A DNA stretch of 5,191 nt from a virus (taxonomy: Duplodnaviria; Heunggongvirae; Uroviricota; Caudoviricetes): the IMG/VR virus record IMGVR_UViG_2541047787_000001; one strand, written 5' to 3'. The position numbers and the translations under genes are program-made. Shown here one piece after another: positions 1 through 5,191 of this stretch (positions within the stretch are counted from its first letter, which is position 1; the number at the start of each line of letters is the position of its first letter). The notes under the pieces were generated by a model, which saw only the letters and a program-made list of their open reading frames with translations, searched no databases and was not told the origin of the DNA.

Positions 1-191
1 CCCAGCGTGTCCGTAAACTCATAACGGTATTTCACGTTAATCCCGTTCAGATTATCGCTGCCGGGAGCGTTCGTACGGGCATGAAGATACCCTGCGCTCA
101 GTGTGGCCTGCTGCTCAGACGCCCATGCAGGCGCACCGGATACGGCCAGACAGATGGCTGCGGACAAAATGGCTGCACAAACTTTACGCAT
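1..191 (-). CDS. lom: Lom-family outer membrane protein (Ail/Lom/OmpX/PagC family), 5' partial CDS; start codon at 189..191, gene runs off the window's left edge
   Basis: Reverse-complement translation from the ATG at 189..191 gives MRKVCAAILSAAICLAVSGAPAWASEQQATLSAGYLHARTNAPGSDNLNGINVKYRYEFTDTLG..., which closely matches the N-terminus of lambda Lom as I recall it. It has a typical Sec signal peptide (hydrophobic core, A-W-A cleavage motif). An SD-like GAGAGG lies about 6 nt upstream of the ATG on the minus strand. Its position immediately downstream of J is the same as in lambda. This partial ORF is absent from the supplied ORF track, presumably because it is truncated by the window edge. 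Confidence 0.85.
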   Translation of the reverse strand, partial: MRKVCAAILSAAICLAVSGAPAWASEQQATLSAGYLHARTNAPGSDNLNGINVKYRYEFTDTL

Positions 192-212
192 AATTACCTC
201 TCGCTTTTCTGC

Positions 213-240
213 AATAAAAAAGGCGCCATTTCTGGCGCCC
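213..240 (-). terminator. Rho-independent terminator downstream of J (tJ-like): GC-rich hairpin followed by a U-tract
   Basis: On the minus strand the transcript reads GGCGCCA-GAAA-UGGCGCC followed by UUUUUUAUU. That is a perfect 7-bp GC-rich stem (+ strand 222..228 pairing with 233..239), a GNRA-type tetraloop (229..232) and a run of six U then AUU (213..221). It begins about 18 nt after the J stop codon (259..261). Confidence 0.7.
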
Positions 241-258
241 GTATATGGGTTATAAAAT

Positions 259-3200
259 TCAGCTGATACTGATGCCTGCGGTGGCTTTCTTCATCACCAC
301 AACCAGCAAATCGCTGATACTTGCTGTGGGATACCAGTCATTTACCAGCCATGCTGACACCGAAAACTCCAGCGTCATGTGGCCGTGACCAGCTGGCATA
401 TCAATAACACCACTGTAAATCAGCGTATTATCCAGCGCGGTACGGTTATAAATTTCAGCACCATTTTTCTTCACTATCAGGCGGCATGACGAATAAATAT
501 CGTTATTCTCCCGCTCATGTTTAGCGCCGCAGAATGCCACCGCTGGAATAACAATTTGCCTGTCAAAAGGCTGATCGTCATAAATCCTGACGGTAATGGT
601 CCCTGATGGCCACCGCTCCGGTGCCCGGGAGTCCCGCGGGAAAGCCTTACCCACTGTTTTGACAATATCGCCTTCAATCTGATTGGCTGACAGTTTCCCC
701 TTAATCTGACAGTTCTCATTAATCGTGACGTTGTTGAGCGTCCCGGAGTTCGCATTCACACTGCCACTGATATCCGCATTTTTAGCAGTCAGCTTTCCGT
801 CCGGTGTCAGGGAAAATGCCGGTGGATTTCCACCGCTGGTAATGGTGGGGGCCGTCAGATACTTCAGGAACACGTCGTTCATGAATATCTGATCGCCCTG
901 ACCAACAAACATCGGTTTTGTGTTGCCATTCGCAGGATTAACCATCGCAATCCTGTCCGCCGCCAGCAGCACCTGACTCTGCATGCCGTCAGGGGTGTTC
1001 TCAATACCGGCACCAATACCCGCGATATAAAGGCGTCCGTCCTGCATCTGCTGCAGCTTCACAGCCCACATGCTGTTCAGGTTATTATTTGTATCAACCT
1101 GAACCTTCTGTATCTGCTGAATTGCCGCACTCTGGTCTTCCAGTTTCTTATTGACGGTCTGCGTGATTTCATTGCTGACATCCGTAATGGACGTCCTGAT
1201 TTCAGCCAGGTCAGGCGCAAGCTGACCGTTATCAATCTGCGTCCACAGCTCCTGAGCCAGATGGGTTTTCCCTATCTCGCCTTTGAAAAAATCCAGATAG
1301 CCGGATGCATCATCACTCGGCTGACCAACAGCCTCCACGAATGCCGATTTGCCAACGGTGTTCACACTGCGAACGTAAAAATAATAATCATGGCCCGGCC
1401 TGATATTGATACTGGCGGCTATCCAGTACAGCGCCGTGCCAAGATAGCGTGCTGTGGTTTCAACCTGCCTGATATCCGCAATCCGCTTTTCCGAGAACCA
1501 GAACTCAAACTGTACCGTCGGATCATAAACCGCAAGATGCGGCGTGGCGGTTATCTGAAAATAGCCCGGTGTCAGCTCAATCCGAGACGGCGCTGCCGGT
1601 GCGGCAATCCGGAACGATACCGATGCCGGATCGCCCTGCTGTCCCCACGCATTTACCGCCCGGACTGTCAGCCTGTAGTTCCCCAGCGCCAGTTGTGTGA
1701 AGCGGTATGTGGTTTCCGTCGTCCTGGCTGTGCTGACCAGCCGCTCACTGCCGTCATCCGCTGTCACGGTCAGACGGAGCAGGAAGCTCACGCCCTTCAC
1801 CACCTTCGGTGTGTCCCAGCGCGCCAGCACCTGATATTCCCCGCTGTCTGCAGTGACTTCGGCGGTCAGATGCTGCACTGCTGGCGGCGTGACACCATTC
1901 ACCGTGCCGCTCTGGTCACCGTCAAAGTGCGCCCCGTTATCCACGATGGCCTCTTTTTCCGGCACATGCTGCACGGCAGTGATGGCATACGTGCCGTCAT
2001 CGTTCTCACGGATACTCACACAGCGGAACAGGCGCTGACGCAGCGTCGGCAACTTCAGCCCCCACACGCTGTATCCGGCAACGCCGTCAGGAACACGGCT
2101 CACTTTTACCTTCACGCCGTCGGTGACGGACTGAACCTCCACGCTGACCGGATTGCCACTTCCGTCAACCAGGCTTATCAGCGTGGTACCGGAGGATGGT
2201 AGCGTGATTTCACGGTCGAGCGTCAGCGTCCGGGTCTGGCTGTTTACCGCCAGCACGCGCCCGCCGATGCTGATACCGGCATAGTCATCATCACAGATTT
2301 CAATAACATCGCCCGGCACATGGCGAAGCCCTTCTGCGCCCACGCTGAAGTCCACGGTCTGCGTTTCCAGCAGCTCTGTTTTAATCAGCCACAGCCCGGC
2401 GCGGTGTGCCTGCCCCCGGCTGGTACAGCCAAAAGCATCCATCTTCGTGACGTTACGACCGTAACGGGCAATAGCCTGCGTATCCTCCACAAGCTCTGTC
2501 GCCGTCTCCCAGCCGTTGTTCGGGTCAATCCAGTTCACCTCAACGGCATTATGGCGGTCTTTCAGGGCGCTGAAGCTGTAGCGGAACGGCGCGCCATCAT
2601 CCGGCATCACCACATTACTGCGGTTATAGGTCCACACCTTATCCGACGGTCGGTCCTGCACGAATGTCAGCGTCTGCCCGTTCCATACCGGCATACAGCG
2701 CATCGCCGAGCAGAAATCACTGAGCACATCCCACGCCTTTCGCTGTGTGGTCAGGTACGCATTACAGGCGATGCGCGGCTCCGTGCCGCCAAAGCCGTCC
2801 GGCACCGACTGGTCGCAGTACTGGCCGATGACATACAGCGCCCATTTATCCACATCCGCCGCACCAAGACGTTTTCCCATGCCGTAGCGCGGATGGGTCA
2901 GCATATCCCACAGACACCAGGCCGGGTTGTTGCTGTATGCCGGTTTAAACGTTCCGTCCCAGATACCGCTGTATTGCCGCGTCTGCGGGTTATAATTCGA
3001 CGGCACCTGCAGAATACGCCCGCGCAGATGATAATTACGGCTCACCTGCTGGCTGCCGAACTGCTCCGAATCCACCTGTACGCCGACCAGTGCCGTGTTC
3101 GGGTAGCCCTGTTTCACATCGATGATTTCGGTGTATGACGACCAGAGCGTTTTGTTCTGCAACTGGTCTGTGGTGCTGTCCGGCGTCATCCTGCGCATCC

Positions 3201-3738
3201 GGATATTGAACGGGCGCGGCGGCAGGTTACCCACCACCACCGAGGCCAGATACTGTGAGGTGGTTTTGCCTTTAATGGTGATGTCTTTTTCCGTCACCCA
3301 GCCACCGTTACGTTGTATCTGAACCAGCAGGCGGACTTCCGACGGATTCCTGTCCCCCTTTGAGGTGGTTTCCACCAGTGCCTGCACGCCGAAGGTAAAA
3401 CGCAGTCGGTCAATGTTTGCCGACGTGATGGTCCGGGTGATCGGCGTGTCGTATTTCACTTCCGTACCCAGCACCGCCTCGGAGCCGGAGGATTCAAATC
3501 CCTCCGGCGGTGTCTGCTCCTGCTCACCGGCCCGGAACACCACCGTGACGCCGGAGATGTTGGTATTCCCCTCACTGTCCAGCACCGGCGTACTGTTCAG
3601 CAGCACGCTTTTTAATCCATCCACCGGACCTTCAACCGGCCCTTCGCTGATGGCATCGATCACACTCAGCAGCTGCGTGGACTTCAGGTTGTCCTTCGCT
3701 TCGCGCGGGGTATGCCCCTTACTGCTGCCTTTACCCAT
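259..3738 (-). CDS. J: Central tail fibre / host specificity protein J (tail tip protein), 1159 aa
   Basis: The 3480-nt ORF translates to [26 protein letters not shown]... and is recognisably lambda gpJ across its N-terminal ~800 residues as I recall that sequence. The central part (about 1324..1902) contains tandem fibronectin-III-like segments (e.g. ...[23 protein letters not shown]..., ...[16 protein letters not shown]...). The C-terminal ~350 residues diverge from lambda (see findings). An SD GGAG sits at 3747..3750 (minus-strand sense), 8 nt upstream of the ATG at 3736..3738. Gene order L-K-I-J-lom supports the call. Confidence 0.97.
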   Translation of the reverse strand: MGKGSSKGHTPREAKDNLKSTQLLSVIDAISEGPVEGPVDGLKSVLLNSTPVLDSEGNTNISGVTVVFRAGEQEQTPPEGFESSGSEAVLGTEVKYDTPITRTITSANIDRLRFTFGVQALVETTSKGDRNPSEVRLLVQIQRNGGWVTEKDITIKGKTTSQYLASVVVGNLPPRPFNIRMRRMTPDSTTDQLQNKTLWSSYTEIIDVKQGYPNTALVGVQVDSEQFGSQQVSRNYHLRGRILQVPSNYNPQTRQYSGIWDGTFKPAYSNNPAWCLWDMLTHPRYGMGKRLGAADVDKWALYVIGQYCDQSVPDGFGGTEPRIACNAYLTTQRKAWDVLSDFCSAMRCMPVWNGQTLTFVQDRPSDKVWTYNRSNVVMPDDGAPFRYSFSALKDRHNAVEVNWIDPNNGWETATELVEDTQAIARYGRNVTKMDAFGCTSRGQAHRAGLWLIKTELLETQTVDFSVGAEGLRHVPGDVIEICDDDYAGISIGGRVLAVNSQTRTLTLDREITLPSSGTTLISLVDGSGNPVSVEVQSVTDGVKVKVSRVPDGVAGYSVWGLKLPTLRQRLFRCVSIRENDDGTYAITAVQHVPEKEAIVDNGAHFDGDQSGTVNGVTPPAVQHLTAEVTADSGEYQVLARWDTPKVVKGVSFLLRLTVTADDGSERLVSTARTTETTYRFTQLALGNYRLTVRAVNAWGQQGDPASVSFRIAAPAAPSRIELTPGYFQITATPHLAVYDPTVQFEFWFSEKRIADIRQVETTARYLGTALYWIAASINIRPGHDYYFYVRSVNTVGKSAFVEAVGQPSDDASGYLDFFKGEIGKTHLAQELWTQIDNGQLAPDLAEIRTSITDVSNEITQTVNKKLEDQSAAIQQIQKVQVDTNNNLNSMWAVKLQQMQDGRLYIAGIGAGIENTPDGMQSQVLLAADRIAMVNPANGNTKPMFVGQGDQIFMNDVFLKYLTAPTITSGGNPPAFSLTPDGKLTAKNADISGSVNANSGTLNNVTINENCQIKGKLSANQIEGDIVKTVGKAFPRDSRAPERWPSGTITVRIYDDQPFDRQIVIPAVAFCGAKHERENNDIYSSCRLIVKKNGAEIYNRTALDNTLIYSGVIDMPAGHGHMTLEFSVSAWLVNDWYPTASISDLLVVVMKKATAGISIS

Positions 3739-3746
3739 TCGTCATG

Positions 3747-3750
3747 CTCC
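3747..3750 (-). promoter_or_regulatory. Shine-Dalgarno (GGAG) for J
   Basis: The minus-strand sequence upstream of the J start is ...UAUGGAGCAUGACGA-AUG: GGAG followed by an 8-nt spacer and the ATG. Confidence 0.55.
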
Positions 3751-3760
3751 ATAAACGATA

Positions 3761-3780
3761 AAACCGCCCGGAGGCGGTTT
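3761..3780 (-). promoter_or_regulatory. I-J intergenic RNA hairpin (AAACCGCC-UCCG-GGCGGUUU) followed by a U-rich tract; possible partial terminator/attenuator or mRNA-stabilising structure
   Basis: The inverted repeat is read directly from the sequence: an 8-bp stem (5 GC pairs plus 3 AU pairs) with a 4-nt loop, followed on the minus strand by UAUCGUUUAU and then the J SD. It lies in the 60-nt gap between the I stop (3799..3801) and the J start (3738). Confidence 0.35.
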
Positions 3781-3798
3781 CACATAAAACGTTTTTCA

Positions 3799-4440
3799 TC
3801 AGCGACCAATCACCACAACCTGACCACCATCCCCTTCGTCTGCCGTGCTGATCTCCTGAGAAACCACGCGTGACCCCACGCGCATTTCACCGTACAGAAC
3901 AGGCAGAACATTGCCCTGGGCAACCATGTTATCCAGTGAAGAGAAATAGGTGTTCTGTTTGCCGTTATCCGTTGTCTGTGTGCGGGGGGTTCTGGCTTTC
4001 GGTGCCAGCATCTGCGCCACACCACCGAGCACCATACTGGCACCGAGAGAAAACAGCAGATTACTCGCCATAATTCCTACCCCCGGCATCCATATAGCAA
4101 CCGCCATAACAGCCGCCCCCAGCACAGCCTGAAACACACCGCCACTTTTGGCTCCCGCCAGACGCGGCACGATATGGATCACAGCACCATTTGCCAGCGG
4201 TTCATTAAGACGGGCTGATAATTCCGTTTCACCTGTATCACGCCCGGCAATGCGTACCTGATACCAGCCGTCGCTCAGCTTCTGACGAAACACCGGGATC
4301 TGCATGGCCAGCGCCCGGATGGCTTCGGCCCCCGTTTTCACACGCAGATCGATGCGGCGGCCAAATCGTTGTAAATCCCCGTAAAGGCAGATGCGTGCCA
4401 TGCCTGGTGACGCCAGAGGGAGTGTGTGCGTCGCTGCCAT
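3799..4440 (-). CDS. I: Tail tip assembly protein I (N-terminal ubiquitin-like beta-grasp domain ending in Gly-Gly, then a hydrophobic Gly/Ala-rich segment and a conserved C-terminal region), 213 aa
   Basis: The translation MAATHTLPLASPGMARICLYGDLQRFGRRIDLRVKTGAEAIRAL...HIVPRLAGAKSGG...LFSLGASMVLGGVAQMLAPKARTPRTQTTDNGKQNTYFSSLDNMVAQGNVLPVLYGEMRVGSRVVSQEISTADEGDGGQVVVIGR matches lambda gpI as I recall it, with a diverged and shorter hydrophobic middle segment. The Gly100-Gly101 codons are at 4138..4143. An SD-like AGAGAGG lies about 11 nt upstream of the ATG at 4438..4440. The position between K and J is as in lambda. Confidence 0.92.
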   Translation of the reverse strand: MAATHTLPLASPGMARICLYGDLQRFGRRIDLRVKTGAEAIRALAMQIPVFRQKLSDGWYQVRIAGRDTGETELSARLNEPLANGAVIHIVPRLAGAKSGGVFQAVLGAAVMAVAIWMPGVGIMASNLLFSLGASMVLGGVAQMLAPKARTPRTQTTDNGKQNTYFSSLDNMVAQGNVLPVLYGEMRVGSRVVSQEISTADEGDGGQVVVIGR

Positions 4441-5081
4441 TTGTCGGTATACCTCTCTCGTTTGCTCAGTTGTTCAGGAATATGGTGCAGCAGCTCGCCG
4501 TCACCACAGTAAATGGCGGCATGATTCGGCACCGATGAACCAAAGCAGCACAGCAGCACATCGCCCGGTTGTGCTGATGACAACGGCACCTGATACAGCC
4601 CTGTGGCCTCCAGATTATCCAGATAGAGATTCTGGCCGTTACGCCACCAGTCATCCTCACGATGAAAGTCCGGCATCTCAATCCCCGCCAGATGATAAGC
4701 ATCCCGGAACAGCGTGTAACAGTCCGTCACCCCGTGCTCAAAGCGCCGCCCGGTAAGATGCGGCACACAGCGGAACTTGTGAATCGCCCTCCGGCAGACC
4801 AGCCACCACGGCAAATCACTCTGCACCTGCAGCCGCCGGTCGGCCTCACTCAGCCAGGGCAGACCACCGGGGTGACTGTGGACCAGCGAGACAATCTCAC
4901 CCTGCATTTCTGCCTGCAGCCAGTCCTCCGGAGCCATCCGGAAATAATCCTCCGGCTCACCGGAAATATTCACGCAGGGAAAATATCTTTCCCCCTCCGG
5001 CGTTCTCACCACGAAGCCGCACGACTCCGCTGGCGCACATCGCCGGGCGTGCGCCAGAATCGCTGATTCTGTCTCTGTCAT
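4338..5081 (-). CDS. K: Tail tip assembly protein K, two-domain: N-terminal JAB/MPN (JAMM) metallopeptidase-like domain plus C-terminal NlpC/P60-like cysteine peptidase domain, 247 aa
   Basis: The translation from the ATG at 5079..5081 is MTETESAILAHARRCAPAESCGFVV...LVHSHPGGLPWLSEAD...GVTDCYTLFRDAY...NHAAIYCGDGELLHHI.... The JAMM motif HxHx7Sx2D is at residues 68-81 (nt 4839..4880). The NlpC/P60-like region has Cys121 (nt 4719..4721) and His187/His199/His200 (4482..4487). The start lies 4 nt after the L stop codon. The supplied ORF track extends the ORF upstream to 5156, but that extension overlaps the L 3' end and precedes the conserved MTETES N-terminus, so 5081 is preferred. An alternative internal start exists at 4935..4937 (see findings). 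Confidence 0.88.
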   Translation of the reverse strand: MTETESAILAHARRCAPAESCGFVVRTPEGERYFPCVNISGEPEDYFRMAPEDWLQAEMQGEIVSLVHSHPGGLPWLSEADRRLQVQSDLPWWLVCRRAIHKFRCVPHLTGRRFEHGVTDCYTLFRDAYHLAGIEMPDFHREDDWWRNGQNLYLDNLEATGLYQVPLSSAQPGDVLLCCFGSSVPNHAAIYCGDGELLHHIPEQLSKRERYTDKWQRRTHSLWRHQAWHASAFTGIYNDLAAASICV

Positions 5082-5085
5082 GGGA

Positions 5086-5191
5086 TTACTGCGAAAGTTT
5101 GTTAATGGAAAGGAAGCCGCCAAAGTTGCCGACGTTATTGCGAAACTTACAGCCACTCAGGCATTTGCTGCATTTATCCTTCGTGATATCG
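5086..5191 (-). CDS. L: Tail tip protein L, 3' partial CDS (C-terminal 34 codons plus stop); cysteine-rich C-terminus consistent with the Fe-S-binding tail of lambda gpL
   Basis: Only one minus-strand frame is open across 5086..5190. It translates to ...DITKDKCSKCLSGCKFRNNVGNFGGFLSINKLSQ* with a TAA stop at 5086..5088. The cysteine cluster (CxxCxxxC) and the position immediately upstream of K match lambda L. It is absent from the supplied ORF track because it is truncated at the window edge. Confidence 0.8.
   Translation of the reverse strand, partial: DITKDKCSKCLSGCKFRNNVGNFGGFLSINKLSQ

Noticed and set aside
81-266. 61-aa ORF on the + strand spanning the lom start, the terminator and the J stop
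   Set aside because: It is antisense to the lom 5' end and runs through the terminator hairpin. It is Cys/Gly-rich with no start context and is better explained as the complement of lom plus the intergenic region.
477-755. 92-aa ORF on the minus strand in an alternative frame inside J (similarly 3810..4043 inside I and 4466..4702 inside K)
   Set aside because: These are nested in a different frame within strongly supported genes, with Arg-rich low-complexity translations. There is no evidence for overprinting.
259-1323. Possible diversity-generating retroelement (DGR) target in the variable J C-terminus
   Set aside because: DGR targeting needs a nearby template repeat nearly identical to the variable region, with adenine-specific differences, plus a reverse transcriptase gene. 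I see no internal or flanking repeat of the C-terminal coding sequence and no RT in this window. The variability is better explained by modular recombination.
1261-2202. 313-aa ORF on the + strand (also 1853..2038, 61 aa)
   Set aside because: It lies entirely antisense to J, whose identity is strongly supported. The translation is Arg/Cys/His/Pro-rich and low-complexity, as expected from the reverse frame of a GC-rich gene whose rare codons (TTA/CTA/TCA) are the complements of stop codons. It has no recognisable domain and no SD.
2320-3138. 272-aa ORF on the + strand (plus 3122..3322 and 3365..3754)
   Set aside because: Same reasoning: these are antisense to J, with biased, repetitive R/H/A/V-rich translations and no independent support. 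They are treated as open-frame artefacts of codon bias.
3870-4132. + strand ORFs (67 aa and 60 aa) inside I, and 4391..4756 / 4662..5066 inside K
   Set aside because: They are antisense to I and K and are accounted for by codon bias. No motifs or translation signals were seen.
5082-5156. Upstream extension of the K ORF to the ATG at 5154..5156 (272-aa version in the ORF track)
   Set aside because: The extension overlaps the L 3' coding region in another frame, and its 25 residues (MAVSFAITSATLAASFPLTNFRSNP) precede the conserved MTETES N-terminus of K homologues. The ATG at 5079..5081, right after the L stop, is the better start.
1-5191. CRISPR arrays, tRNA/ncRNA genes, insertion sequences, or an embedded defence or toxin-antitoxin island
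   Set aside because: No spaced direct-repeat arrays, no terminal inverted repeats flanking a transposase-like ORF, and no unassigned intergenic space larger than 67 nt were seen. Every long ORF is explained by the L-K-I-J-lom module.

Overview
This window is the tail-tip module of a lambda-like (lambdoid) siphophage or prophage of an enterobacterial host, fully encoded on the minus strand. Reading in the direction of transcription (high to low coordinates): the 3' end of tail gene L (5086..5191, partial), K (4338..5081), I (3799..4440, overlapping K by 103 nt), the central tail fibre / host-specificity gene J (259..3738), a strong intrinsic terminator (213..240), and the 5' end of the outer-membrane 'moron' gene lom (1..191, partial). 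Assignments rest on translating the ORFs and recognising them against lambda L, K, I, J and Lom as I recall them; no database search was run. I do not see a previously undescribed system here: coding density is near 100%, intergenic gaps are 4, 60 and 67 nt, and there are no repeat arrays or unexplained ORFs. The points worth a second look are the diverged, apparently mosaic C-terminal third of J (likely altered receptor specificity), the two competing start codons for K, the I-J intergenic hairpin, and the ubiquitin-like I / JAB-peptidase K pairing, which has been proposed before but is easy to overlook.
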